This document shows, one piece after another, positions 18,229 to 28,194 of a stretch of DNA of 64,000 nucleotides. This DNA comes from Candidatus Aenigmatarchaeota archaeon (GTDB taxonomy: Archaea; Aenigmatarchaeota; Aenigmatarchaeia; QMZP01; QMZT01): assembly GCA_963726265.1 (NCBI GenBank), contig CAVSBQ010000002.1:96229-160228 (forward strand), given 5' to 3'. The translations under genes and the position numbers were made by a program. Below the pieces are notes generated by a model, which saw only the letters and a list, made by a program, of their open reading frames with translations, did no database searches and was not told the DNA's origin. Within the stretch, counting starts at the first letter, position 1, and each line of letters opens with the position of its first letter.

Positions 18229-19578
18229 ATGCCGATAAGCGAAAAAGTGTCTGAAAAAACGGAGAGACAGGACAAGGTTGACAGACAGGAAAAGGCCGAC
18301 AAGCTTGAAAAAGCCGGAAGGGTTGAAAAAACCGAAAAGGCGGGCAAGGCGGAAAAGCTGGACAGGAGGCTCGTTCCCGATTTCAACATAGGGATTGTCG
18401 GCCACGTTGACCACGGCAAAACCACGCTTACCGAAGCGCTCACTGGCAAATGGACGGACACGCATTCAGAGGAGATAAAGCGCGGCATATCCATACGCCT
18501 CGGCTATGCCGAGATGACGGTTTACAGATGCCCGAAATGCAAGGACGCGAAAATGTATTCGCTCACGCAGAAATGCATCAACTGTTTTTCCAGCTGCGAG
18601 CCGGTGCGGACCATCTCGTTCGTCGACGCGCCGGGCCACGAGACGCTGATGGCGACCGTGCTTTCGGGCGCGGCGCTCATGGACGGCGCCCTGCTGATAA
18701 TCGCGGCCAACGAGGAATGCCCGCAGCCGCAGACGCTGGAGCACCTTACCACGCTGAACATCGTCGGCATACGCAAGATAATAATCGTGCAGACGAAAAT
18801 CGACCTGGTCACCAAGGAGCAGGCGCTCGCGAACTACATGCAGATAAAGGCTTTCGTCAAGGGGACGATAGCCGAGAACGCGCCCATAGTGCCGATATCC
18901 TCGAGGCAGCGCGTCAATCTCGACGCGCTTGTCGAAACGATCGACCACGTCATGAAAGTCCCCGAACGCGACCCGAAGAAGACGCCGAAGTTCCTCATAG
19001 CGAGGTCGTTCGACGTCAACAAGCCGGGGACGGCGATAGAGAAACTCGAGGGCGGGGTCATCGGCGGCTCGCTCACGCAAGGAAGGCTGAAAGTCGGCGA
19101 CGAGATTGAAATAAAGCCCGGCATAAAGATCAGGGAAAAATACGAACCCGTCAGGACGAGGATTACCGGCCTGCAGAAGGCGGGAAAGCACATGGAGGAG
19201 ATAGAGCCGGGCGGCCTCGCGGGCGTTTCGACCACACTGGACCCTTACCTCACGAAATCCGATTCGCTTTCCGGCAGCATCGCCAGCATACGCGGCAAGC
19301 TGCCTCCGGTGATCGAGCGCATGCGCATCAGAACGACGCTGTTCAAGAGGGTCGTGGGAACCAAGGAAAGCATGGAGGTCGGCGACCTCAAGACGAAGGA
19401 CATGCTCATGGTCACGCTCGCCACGATGAGGACCACGGGCGTGGTGATTTCGGCCAGGGCGAATGACGTCGACATACAGCTCAAGAGCCCGCTGTGCGCG
19501 GACAAGGGTGAAAAGATCGCGGTGTCGAAGCTTTTCTCCGGCAGGTGGAGGCTCATAGGCTACGGGGAAATCGCTTAA
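18229..19578 (+). CDS. eif2g: translation initiation factor aIF-2 gamma subunit
   Basis: GHVDHGKTT, HSEEIKRGISIRLGY, zinc-knuckle Cys, DAPGHETLMATVLSGA, PQPQT, RWRLIGYG. Confidence 0.97.
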   Translation: MPISEKVSEKTERQDKVDRQEKADKLEKAGRVEKTEKAGKAEKLDRRLVPDFNIGIVGHVDHGKTTLTEALTGKWTDTHSEEIKRGISIRLGYAEMTVYRCPKCKDAKMYSLTQKCINCFSSCEPVRTISFVDAPGHETLMATVLSGAALMDGALLIIAANEECPQPQTLEHLTTLNIVGIRKIIIVQTKIDLVTKEQALANYMQIKAFVKGTIAENAPIVPISSRQRVNLDALVETIDHVMKVPERDPKKTPKFLIARSFDVNKPGTAIEKLEGGVIGGSLTQGRLKVGDEIEIKPGIKIREKYEPVRTRITGLQKAGKHMEEIEPGGLAGVSTTLDPYLTKSDSLSGSIASIRGKLPPVIERMRIRTTLFKRVVGTKESMEVGDLKTKDMLMVTLATMRTTGVVISARANDVDIQLKSPLCADKGEKIAVSKLFSGRWRLIGYGEIA

Positions 19579-19672
19579 TATAAGCCGCGCCCCGCCGCCG
19601 AAAAGATTTAAATAACAGAAGCGATAATCAAATACACGCAAATCATAGTGCATTTAAATTTGGAGGTAAAAC

Positions 19673-20083
19673 ATGGCAATAATCGGCCTGAGTTTCAACT
19701 CGGTTGAGGCGAAGAGGGACAAGGAACAGAGGATCAAGGCGGAGATAAAGGTCAATTCCGTGCCGAGGATAAACAACATAAAAGAGGTTACGATTTCAAC
19801 GCTCGGCGACAAGAAGGTGCTTTCGCTCGACTTCGATTTCGTCACGACATACGACCCGAGGGTCGGCGAGATAAAGATCGGAGGCGACTTGCTCTACATG
19901 ACCGACGACAACAAAGCGCTGCTCAAGCAGTGGGACAAGGAGAAGAAAATCCCGGAGAAGCCTTCGTTGGAGATTCTGAACTACCTGTTCAGGAGATGCC
20001 TGATAAAGGTTTCCAACATCGCCGAGGACCTTCAGCTGCCGCCGCCGCTTCCGATGCCGACGGTGAAGCCGAAGGAGAAATAA
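19673..20083 (+). CDS. conserved archaeal protein, possibly SecB-like fold
   Basis: Alternating beta-strand pattern, then a long helix and QLPPPLPMP; strong SD GGAGGT. Fold assignment is inference. Confidence 0.6.
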   Translation: MAIIGLSFNSVEAKRDKEQRIKAEIKVNSVPRINNIKEVTISTLGDKKVLSLDFDFVTTYDPRVGEIKIGGDLLYMTDDNKALLKQWDKEKKIPEKPSLEILNYLFRRCLIKVSNIAEDLQLPPPLPMPTVKPKEK

Positions 20084-20150
20084 ATTCTTTTTATTTACCC
20101 TTTTCTCTATTTTTATTTAGATTATTTTACGCAGCATAGGGTGGGATTCC

Positions 20151-20708
20151 ATGGCAAGGGAAATCGAGATAAAGTTCGCAGTAGGCAACGAAGAGAGGAT
20201 GCTGCAGAAGCTCCTGCTGGCAGGCGCGAGGAAGGCTTCCGAAGGCTTCGAACACAACATCATCTTCGACGACGGCGAGCTACGAACCAAGGGAATCCTG
20301 CTGCGGCTGCGCAAGAGCGACGAGAAAAGCGTCCTGACGTTCAAGACGGCCATACGCAAGGGCGAGTTCAAGGTGGCGGACGAGACCGAGATCGAAGTTA
20401 GCGACTTCCAGCGCGCCAGGGAAATCCTGGAGGGGCTGGGCTACGAGGTCTGGTGGATTTACGAGAAGCAGAAGACGACGTTCGTCCTCGGCGACGCGAA
20501 AATTTCGCTGGACAGGCTGCCCTTCGGGAAGTTCATCGAAATCGAGGGTTCCGAAGCCGGCATACGCAGCGCAATAATGAAGCTCGGCCTGGACCCGAAA
20601 AGAGGGATAAAGGAAACTTATCTCGAGCTCTACCAGAGCCGATGCAAGGAGAAAGGAATGGAGATGGAGAACCTCATATTCTGGAGGAAGACGAGGATGA
20701 GCCTTTGA
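20151..20708 (+). CDS. CYTH-family (class IV adenylate cyclase-like) protein
   Basis: EIEIKF, LLRLRK, LTFK, ETEIEV, YEKQK, FIEIEG. Confidence 0.9.
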   Translation: MAREIEIKFAVGNEERMLQKLLLAGARKASEGFEHNIIFDDGELRTKGILLRLRKSDEKSVLTFKTAIRKGEFKVADETEIEVSDFQRAREILEGLGYEVWWIYEKQKTTFVLGDAKISLDRLPFGKFIEIEGSEAGIRSAIMKLGLDPKRGIKETYLELYQSRCKEKGMEMENLIFWRKTRMSL

Positions 20709-20711
20709 TAT

Positions 20712-21305
20712 TCAGCGGAGCAGGGCCCTGATTTCTTTCAGCAGCAGCGGAAATTCCTTGTAACCAGCCTTCTCGTTGAAGTGGCCCGCGCCTTTGATAA
20801 TCCTGATTTTTATTCCCAGATTGTCGGCGATTTCTTTGCCTCTCGCGACCGGGAGGTAAGGGTCGTTGTCCGCATGCCAGACCTCGAAGTGCCCGCAGTT
20901 CTTCGTTATCTTCTCCCAATCAAATCCCTGCGCGAAAAACGAGCGGTTTATCACGTCGAACTTTTCCCTGCCGACATCTCCCAGAAAACCTGAGATGAGG
21001 AACGCGGCTTTTATCGGTCTTTCCATAGATTCGATTTTTTTCAGGACGAAGGCGCAGCTTATGCTGTGGCCGACGAGAATGGTGTCTGGCCCGATGTGCC
21101 TGTCCAGCTTTTCGAGAACCTTCAGCCAGTTTTCCAAGCTCTGGCCTTCGGGCGTGGGAAACGCTGGAACGAAAGCCTTGCAGCCGTATTTCCCGAGCGC
21201 TTGCCCGAGCCACTGATACCAGTTCTCGTCCGGACGGCCATACGCGCCGTGGCAGATGATGATATTCGACTCCATGTGATTCGCCGCGATGACATAATCA
21301 GGCAT
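20712..21305 (-). CDS. RBBP9/YdeN-family alpha/beta hydrolase
   Basis: HG...NWYQWL, ILVGHSIS, DNDPY, GAGHFN. Confidence 0.9.
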   Translation of the reverse strand: MPDYVIAANHMESNIIICHGAYGRPDENWYQWLGQALGKYGCKAFVPAFPTPEGQSLENWLKVLEKLDRHIGPDTILVGHSISCAFVLKKIESMERPIKAAFLISGFLGDVGREKFDVINRSFFAQGFDWEKITKNCGHFEVWHADNDPYLPVARGKEIADNLGIKIRIIKGAGHFNEKAGYKEFPLLLKEIRALLR

Positions 21306-22062
21306 GATGTTTTATGCTATCCTTTATCACAGCGGTATTTATATTCCATAACTGCCGCAGCCTTTTCCCGAGGAAGGGAAACCATTCCCCGTTTTCATTA
21401 TGCCTCTGCTCCGGGCTGTAGGCGAAATCCATGTCACGCCCTTCAACCCTTTTTCCGCCGCGGATTGCACGCATCACCGGTATGAAGTTTATTTCCCAGT
21501 GGTCTCCATAGGGCCCGTCATACTTGGTAAAATATTCTGAGCTTTCTCTGCTAAATGCCCTCGGCCCGAAAAATATGTCCATGTCTCTTCCAGTGCAGAT
21601 TTTCCAGACAAGATTGCCGACAGGCTCCGTTATTCTCTGGATAGCCGGGCACGACGCTTCCTTGAGCGAACGCCTCTCGGCAACGACGATATCGACCCCG
21701 TCCTCCAGTATCGGCTTGGCCATCGCGTCTATGCTGTCTAACAGATTGACTTTCTCCAGTTCGGTCAGCACTATGACCTTCCTGCCGCTTTTATAGGCGC
21801 TGAGGATGGCCTTCCTTTTGCCCGGCCCTGATAATGAGCCTTCCTGCCGGCCGATGGAAAAACTGACTCCCAGACTTTCCATGTAATTCAGGAAACTTTC
21901 GTCCGAGCCGCCGTCGGAGACGAAAACGTCGTAGCCAAGTCCCCTGGCCTTTTCCAGGAACTGCCCGGCCAGCTTCATCCTGCACTTATAGCCTGCCAGG
22001 CTTGGATTGTAAAGGGAAACGGCAGCTATTGCCACGTCGCCGGCATATTTTGCCCCTTTCAT
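21298..22062 (-). CDS. GT-A fold (family 2-like) glycosyltransferase
   Basis: VFVSDGGS, DIVVAER, FGPRAFS. Confidence 0.6.
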   Translation of the reverse strand: MKGAKYAGDVAIAAVSLYNPSLAGYKCRMKLAGQFLEKARGLGYDVFVSDGGSDESFLNYMESLGVSFSIGRQEGSLSGPGKRKAILSAYKSGRKVIVLTELEKVNLLDSIDAMAKPILEDGVDIVVAERRSLKEASCPAIQRITEPVGNLVWKICTGRDMDIFFGPRAFSRESSEYFTKYDGPYGDHWEINFIPVMRAIRGGKRVEGRDMDFAYSPEQRHNENGEWFPFLGKRLRQLWNINTAVIKDSIKHHA

Positions 22063-22131
22063 GATAGCATCCTGGTTTTACTTTGGAGCAAAATTTTATA
22101 AAAAGTTGCTGTTCCTTCACTCGCTGATGCG

Positions 22132-22344
22132 CTATCTCCTGACGAGGCGTATGTCCTCGCCCGTGACAGTCTTCCTTCCAGCGTGCTTCGCGAACTTGAC
22201 CGCATCCTGGGCGATTTCGTCGGCGATGCCTTCGATCACCACTGCGAACTCCTTCATCGCGGATTTCGAGACGCGCTTCGCCCCCGCGTCCTTGAGGATG
22301 CGCTCGAACGGCGCCAGCGGAAGCCGCTGCTTTTTTTCAGACAT
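22132..22344 (-). CDS. archaeal histone (HMf family)
   Basis: [19 protein letters not shown]...[17 protein letters not shown]. Confidence 0.97.
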   Translation of the reverse strand: MSEKKQRLPLAPFERILKDAGAKRVSKSAMKEFAVVIEGIADEIAQDAVKFAKHAGRKTVTGEDIRLVRR

Positions 22345-22577
22345 TTTCTCCCTCCCTGAAGCATAACCTAAAAAGGCTTGTGCGTTCTTTAAATTTGCCC
22401 ATAAATGCTTATAAACTTTCTCCGCGGGTTCGGGGAGCTAAAAAATCTTTTTTTCGCCGTTTGGGCATGTTCGCACGCACGCTGAAAGTTAAAAGGAGCG
22501 AGCAGAGACTTTATTTTTCTTGAAAGTTTATAAAGATGTTTAAACATAATCTATAATTAAAACTTCGGAGGTAAACT

Positions 22578-22718
22578 ATGGCACAAGCATATTGCGTCAA
22601 ATGCAGGAAAAAAGTTGAAATAAAGAACGAGCAGAGCGTAAGACTGAAGAACGGCAAGCCTGCAAAGAAAGGCATCTGCCCGGAATGCGGCACAAAGGTA
22701 TTCAGGATCGGAAAGTAA
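22578..22718 (+). CDS. DUF5679-type basic zinc-ribbon protein (46 aa)
   Basis: Below the ORF-track cutoff: MAQAYCVKCRKKVEIKNEQSVRLKNGKPAKKGICPECGTKVFRIGK; SD GGAGGT, upstream TTTATAAA, downstream T-rich tract. Confidence 0.9.
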   Translation: MAQAYCVKCRKKVEIKNEQSVRLKNGKPAKKGICPECGTKVFRIGK

Positions 22719-22824
22719 AACCCATTTCCTCTCTTTCCAGTTTTGATTGAAAATTAAAACTGTTTCATTGTCCTTTTTCTTTTATTCTTAACGGTATTTT
22801 AGCCCATTCGCCCAAATACGTATT

Positions 22825-23520
22825 ATGGATGCCCTCTCCTTCTGCAACGTGACGGTCCATCTCGGAAAAGTGAAGGCGCTTGACAACCTTTCATTCTCCG
22901 TCAGGGCGGGTGAAATTTTCGGCCTCGTGGGCCGGAACGGCTCAGGCAAAACGACCGCCCTGAAGGTGCTCTGCGGCCTCGTGAAGCCGAAGGAAGGCTA
23001 TATCCTCCTGGACGGCCAGAAGGTAAGCGTCGACAGGAAGGAGTTCAAAAGGCTCATAGGCTACTGCCCGCAGGAAAACAGCTTCTTCGAAAAACTGACT
23101 GTGAGGGAGAACATGGAATATTTCGCCAGGCTTTACGACGTCGAAGGCACCGCCGCAAAGCTCATGGAAAGCATCTCGAAATCCCTCTGCCTGGATGCCA
23201 GGATAAACGACATGGCATCCGGCCTGTCCGGAGGCATGAAAAGAAGGCTGAACATCGCCTGCGCCCTCATGCACGAACCGCAGATACTGCTCATGGACGA
23301 ACCGAGCATCGAGGTGGACCCGGTTTCCAGGGGCGAGCTGTGGAAGATGATAGAGATGATAAACAGGCTCGGGACCACCATAATAATCTCAAGCAACCAC
23401 ATGGAGGAAATAAACTACCTTTGCAACCGGGTGGCCTTCCTGGAGCAGGGCAGGAAGCTCTACGAAGGCGACACCCGCGAGGTCATGTCAGCCCTGCATT
23501 CAAGGGGCTTCGGGCCGTGA
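22825..23520 (+). CDS. ABC-2 type transporter ATP-binding subunit
   Basis: GRNGSGKTT, LSGGMKRRL, LLMDEP. Confidence 0.95.
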   Translation: MDALSFCNVTVHLGKVKALDNLSFSVRAGEIFGLVGRNGSGKTTALKVLCGLVKPKEGYILLDGQKVSVDRKEFKRLIGYCPQENSFFEKLTVRENMEYFARLYDVEGTAAKLMESISKSLCLDARINDMASGLSGGMKRRLNIACALMHEPQILLMDEPSIEVDPVSRGELWKMIEMINRLGTTIIISSNHMEEINYLCNRVAFLEQGRKLYEGDTREVMSALHSRGFGP

Positions 23521-23530
23521 TGGCGGTTTT

Positions 23531-25228
23531 ATGTCTCTAAAAAAACTCATTTATTTGCTGACGAAGGACACGGGGATTTTTTTAAGGGACATAAGGAGCT
23601 TCATGCTGCTTTTCCTTACGCCTATATTCATAGTCATCCTTGTCGGCGTGGCCTTCCTGAGCACGCAGCCTAGCAACGTCCCGATAATAATCTGCGGAGA
23701 AAGCAGGAGCGGCCTTTACAACGACACCGCCTTTGTCATGAAAAATTCCGGCGTCTTCGACGTCAGGGAATACGAGGGCAACTGCGACGAGGTGATTTCG
23801 CAGAACATAAAGAATTCCATGGTCAGGGCTGGCATCATAATACCGCCCGAAGGCCTGAACATGACGGTAAGGATTCTGATCGACAACACGAAACCGGTGA
23901 GCGCTTACATACAATCCTATTTCAACCTCATCACCAAGGACCTCTCCCAGAAGCTGATAAACGCCATGATAGGAGACATGTGGTCGAACACGCAGAACAT
24001 TTCCGGCGAGATTGACAAAACCCATGCCGAGCTGGTTTCGAGCGCGGCAACGCTGAATTCCGTTGCCGCGGAACTGGACACGAAAAAAAGCGAGGTTGAG
24101 GATGCAGCAAGGAGGCTTTCAGCCGTAGAGCTTGCAAAGGTGAACGTGGAAACCTCCCTGCTGACGCTGCAGGGCATCAAGAACAGCGCGGTGTCCATCT
24201 CGTCCAACATAAACAGCGTCGACCAGAGGATGCAGGCGGTTTCCAGCAGCGTTTACTCCATGAACCTGAGCCCGCCGCTCCAGGCCATGATAATTGACAA
24301 CATAACCGCCGCGCAGAACAGCCTTATGTTGGCAAGGAGCGGGGTCAACGACCTGGAATGGAACATAAACCGCACGAAAACGAATCTCGAGGGCTCGGAA
24401 AAAATCCTGGATGACGCGGACGTGGGCACGCTTGGGCCCAAGCTGAACGGCATCGCCACCTCGCTTTCGCAGTCATCGTCGTCCGTCAGGAAAATAAGGG
24501 ACGACATAAACGCCCTGGCGGACAACCTGCTGGCCGCAAAGGGCTTGATTACGGATTCCATGCAAAAATACAAGCCGGAGTATTCCGAGCCCGTGAACTC
24601 GGAAATAGCGTGGTATTTCGGCAACAAAAGATACATAGACTTCGTCTTCCCGACCATCCTCGTGATGATACTCATGCTGATGTCCACTTTCCTGGCTTCG
24701 ACAAGCTTCATCAGACAGAGGAGCACGGGCCTGCTCAAAAGGATTTCGATCTCGCCCACAGGCATGAACTTCCTGCTGCTAGAAAGGATGATGCTCAACG
24801 CCATAATATCTCTGATACCGCTGCCCTTCATCCTGGCCGCCGGGGTGCTAGTCCTGGGCATAAGGATAAACATCTCGAACGTGGTGCCCATAATTTTCAT
24901 CTGCGCCATCCTGAGCCTGGTTTTCGTGCTGCTGGGTCTCATAATAGCAAGCTTTTCGAAAACCGAGAGCACGGCAATCCTCGCATCGCTTATAATCGTA
25001 ATACCGATGATGTTCCTGTCCGGGACATTCACGCCCTACGAGGCATTCCCGCCGCTGCTGAAGCAGGTGGCCGTTTCCATGCCCATAACCATTTCGGCAA
25101 GGCTCATAGAAGGGCTGACGTTCTACGAGCTGCCGCTTCCCATGATGGGCATGCTTGTTGCGTATCTTTTCGTGTATATCGTGGTGGCGGCAATCGTAGC
25201 CAGACTCGTCATGAAAAGAGGGCTTTGA
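23531..25228 (+). CDS. ABC-2 permease with long extracellular coiled coil (YhgE/Pip-like)
   Basis: N-terminal TM helix, heptad-rich middle, C-terminal TM block with MFLSGTFTP. Confidence 0.85.
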   Translation: MSLKKLIYLLTKDTGIFLRDIRSFMLLFLTPIFIVILVGVAFLSTQPSNVPIIICGESRSGLYNDTAFVMKNSGVFDVREYEGNCDEVISQNIKNSMVRAGIIIPPEGLNMTVRILIDNTKPVSAYIQSYFNLITKDLSQKLINAMIGDMWSNTQNISGEIDKTHAELVSSAATLNSVAAELDTKKSEVEDAARRLSAVELAKVNVETSLLTLQGIKNSAVSISSNINSVDQRMQAVSSSVYSMNLSPPLQAMIIDNITAAQNSLMLARSGVNDLEWNINRTKTNLEGSEKILDDADVGTLGPKLNGIATSLSQSSSSVRKIRDDINALADNLLAAKGLITDSMQKYKPEYSEPVNSEIAWYFGNKRYIDFVFPTILVMILMLMSTFLASTSFIRQRSTGLLKRISISPTGMNFLLLERMMLNAIISLIPLPFILAAGVLVLGIRINISNVVPIIFICAILSLVFVLLGLIIASFSKTESTAILASLIIVIPMMFLSGTFTPYEAFPPLLKQVAVSMPITISARLIEGLTFYELPLPMMGMLVAYLFVYIVVAAIVARLVMKRGL

Positions 25229-25258
25229 AAAACGGCATTCTAAAACGGGAAGATGATG

Positions 25259-26155
25259 CTATCTTTTATTTTTATACCACTCCACCATCTTCTCCAGCTC
25301 GCTTTCGAAATCGGCATTCGGCTTGTAGCCCAGCTCTTTCGCTTTCGTGACGTCGTAGTTCCTGTTGATGGTCAGGACTTTGAGATACGCTCCCATCCCC
25401 TTCATGCCAGCGACCAGGCTCACCAGCCAGTAAGGGAGGATTTTCGGCCGTTTGCCGAGAAGCCTTACCAGCTCGCTTGCGAATTCCATGAACTTCACCG
25501 GCTCCTCGTCCGCGATGTTGTAAACGCCTTCGACATTCGTTTTTAACGCGAGCCTGAACGCCTGCGCGGCATTCGAGATGTGGGTCACGTGAGTGAGGTT
25601 GTTGGTGTTGGGGATGGGGAAGCCCTTTTCGAGCAGCTTAAGGTTCTTCAGCCACTGCGGCGAGCCGGCGCCGTATATAGGCGCTATCCTGAAAATGACG
25701 CTCCGGATGCCGGCATCAAGAATGAGCTTCTCTGCCTCGAGCTTAGACCAGCCGTAGAAGTTCTCCGGGCTTGTTGGATACGATTCGTCGGCCATGCCGG
25801 TGATTTCGCCGTAGACCGAGACGCTCGAGGAAAAGATGATTTTCTTCGCATGGGGGCAGGCTTCGAGAACCGCCCTCGTGCCCTCGACGTTCACCATGAA
25901 AAGCTCGTCCTTCGTTTTAGTGTATGAAACCATGCCCGCCAGGTGGACTATCGTGTCGATGCCTTTCGCCGCCTTTCTCAGCCCGTCCAGCGTGTCAGGC
26001 TTCGTTATGTCGCCTTCGATAATCCTGCATTTGGGATAAAGCTTCTTCGCGTTCGCATAATCCTGCGCCAGCACCGCTATGTCCTTCCTGAGGCCGGCGA
26101 TTTCCCTCATCACGTTTAAGCCTAGGAAGCCGGTCGCGCCCGTGACCAAAAGCAT
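25259..26155 (-). CDS. NAD-dependent epimerase/dehydratase
   Basis: VTGATGFLG, HLAG, SSVSVYG, YGWSK. Confidence 0.92.
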   Translation of the reverse strand: MLLVTGATGFLGLNVMREIAGLRKDIAVLAQDYANAKKLYPKCRIIEGDITKPDTLDGLRKAAKGIDTIVHLAGMVSYTKTKDELFMVNVEGTRAVLEACPHAKKIIFSSSVSVYGEITGMADESYPTSPENFYGWSKLEAEKLILDAGIRSVIFRIAPIYGAGSPQWLKNLKLLEKGFPIPNTNNLTHVTHISNAAQAFRLALKTNVEGVYNIADEEPVKFMEFASELVRLLGKRPKILPYWLVSLVAGMKGMGAYLKVLTINRNYDVTKAKELGYKPNADFESELEKMVEWYKNKR

Positions 26156-26185
26156 ATTTATATCTAACTTTCCCAATTTAAAGCT

Positions 26186-26959
26186 ATGAAAATCGGCAAA
26201 GTCGAGGCATACCTGCGCGAGACCATCGAGAAGGACGGCGTCGTCTTCTTCGGCCTCATAGACCCGATGGACGAAAACAAGGGGAACCCGCTGAAATTCG
26301 CGAAGGTCTTCGACGAGGCAGGAGCGGACATCATACTCATAGGAGGCTCGATAGGAGCCGAAGGAGAAACGTTCAACAACGCCGTCAAGCGCATAAAGGA
26401 GGCCGTCAGCAAGCCCGTCGTGCTCTTCCCGGGTAATATCGGCGGCGTTTCCAAGAACGCGGACGCGCTCTATTTCATGAGCCTGCTCAATTCCAACAAC
26501 CCTTACTGGATAACCGGCGCGCAGGCGCTCGCCGCGCCCATGATTGCAGCGTCGAAGCTGGAAGCGATTCCCACTTCTTTATTGATAATCGAGCCGGGCG
26601 AAACGGTCGGCTGGATAGGAGAGGCGAAGCCCATCCCTTATCACAAGCCCGACATCGCCGTCGCATATGCGCTCGCAGGCAAGCTGCTGGGCCAGAGGGT
26701 GACAATTCTGGAAAGAGGGTCTGGCGCGCCCGGGCCGGCGTCGCCGGAGATGTTCAAGGCGGTCAAGGAAGCTGTCGGCCATCCGGTCATATGCGCAGGC
26801 TCGAGCAAGACCATGGATGACATAAAAACCACCATAATGGCCGGCGCGGACGGCGTGCACATCGCGTCGCTGGTTCAGCATGCCGAGGACCCGCTGGACA
26901 TGGCGAAGAAGCTGGTCCACTTCACCAAAGGCGTCGGGAAGGAAAAGCTGAAGAAATAA
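26186..26959 (+). CDS. geranylgeranylglyceryl-phosphate synthase family (group II-like, divergent active site)
   Basis: LIDP, IGGS, LFPG, ADALYFMSLLNS.NPYWITGAQ, TVGWIGEA, LERGSGA. Confidence 0.9.
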   Translation: MKIGKVEAYLRETIEKDGVVFFGLIDPMDENKGNPLKFAKVFDEAGADIILIGGSIGAEGETFNNAVKRIKEAVSKPVVLFPGNIGGVSKNADALYFMSLLNSNNPYWITGAQALAAPMIAASKLEAIPTSLLIIEPGETVGWIGEAKPIPYHKPDIAVAYALAGKLLGQRVTILERGSGAPGPASPEMFKAVKEAVGHPVICAGSSKTMDDIKTTIMAGADGVHIASLVQHAEDPLDMAKKLVHFTKGVGKEKLKK

Positions 26960-26975
26960 TTCTGTTTCTTTTTCT

Positions 26976-27620
26976 TTACAAATTCTCGAGGATGTCCTGC
27001 GGATTATTGAGTATCACGTCGGGTCCGAACTTCTCCAGGCGCTCCTTGCTGTGGTAGCCATACGTGACGGCGATGAGCTTCGCGACATTCGCAGCTCGTC
27101 CGGCAAGCATGTCGACTTCCATGTCGCCGATGAAGGCGCATTCGCTGTGCTTCACGCCGAGCTTCTGCATGGCGAGCAGTATCTGCGCCGGGTCGGGCTT
27201 GAGCTTGTTTATGTCCTTCCCTCCCACCACGACGTCTACGTGCTCTCCGAAGCCGAATTGCGCCAGCAGCCGCCTGATTATGAACTCGTGCGTGTTGGAG
27301 GAGATGCCGATTTTTATGCCGCGCTTCCTCAGGCCCGAAAGCACGTCGGCTATGCCGTGGAAAGGGCGGATTTCCTTTTCCAGCTGGAGGAAGTATTTTT
27401 TGTAGGTCTCGTTGGCTATCTCGATTTCCTCCTGGCTTATGCCGAGCTCCGCGTAGAAGTTCCTGTAGTTGCCGTCGAGGACATGGGCGAACTCGTCTAT
27501 GGAATACTGGAACCTCTTGCCCATCTCCCTGCAGACCGCCTTGTAAATCTCGTATATCGTCTTCATCGAGTCCGCGATGACGCCGTCGAAATCGAATATG
27601 ACAGCTTTAATCATTAGCAT
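26976..27620 (-). CDS. HAD-superfamily phosphatase (Gph-like)
   Basis: IFDFDGVIADS, ISSN, KPDP, FIGDMEVD. Confidence 0.92.
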   Translation of the reverse strand: MLMIKAVIFDFDGVIADSMKTIYEIYKAVCREMGKRFQYSIDEFAHVLDGNYRNFYAELGISQEEIEIANETYKKYFLQLEKEIRPFHGIADVLSGLRKRGIKIGISSNTHEFIIRRLLAQFGFGEHVDVVVGGKDINKLKPDPAQILLAMQKLGVKHSECAFIGDMEVDMLAGRAANVAKLIAVTYGYHSKERLEKFGPDVILNNPQDILENL

Positions 27621-27665
27621 AAATGGGTCGAGCGCTTTTAAATTTAAGCGGCAATTAAAATTTGA

Positions 27666-28181
27666 ATGGAAAAGATGCGCATGGCGCAGCCTGCGCCGGT
27701 CAACAGCCGGCCTTTTCTCATAGGCGGCATAGACGTCGGCTACCACACGTCCATCGCCCTCCTAGACCTCTCGGGGAGCGTCGTTTATCTCGAGACCTTC
27801 GTCCAGCCGCAGAATTCCGACGTCCTCGAACGCATGACCGAGTTGGGCAACGTTCTCATACTCTCGACGGACCGCGCCAGGCCGCCGTCGCAGGCTAGGA
27901 AAATCGCCGCTTCCATCTCAGCCAAAATGCTTTTGCCAGCAAAAAACATGACCAAGAAGAAGAAGCGCGTCATAATCGAGGACTTCGCGGAAAGCGACAA
28001 AACCCTGCCGAAGCCGAGGATGAACGACCATGAAAAAGCCGCGCTGGCCTCGGCGATATTCGCCTACCGGAAATTCCGCCCGGGATTCAAGAAGCTGGAG
28101 GACAGGCTGAAGAAGGAGAATGAAGCAAACCTCGAGAAGAGGAGAAGGGAACTTTTCCTCAGAATGACGAGGGATATTTGA
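27666..28181 (+). CDS. DUF460-like RNase H-fold protein (short form)
   Basis: IGGIDVGYHTSIALLDLSG, STD, NDHEKAALASA. Confidence 0.7.
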   Translation: MEKMRMAQPAPVNSRPFLIGGIDVGYHTSIALLDLSGSVVYLETFVQPQNSDVLERMTELGNVLILSTDRARPPSQARKIAASISAKMLLPAKNMTKKKKRVIIEDFAESDKTLPKPRMNDHEKAALASAIFAYRKFRPGFKKLEDRLKKENEANLEKRRRELFLRMTRDI

Positions 28182-28194
28182 TTTATCAGACATG

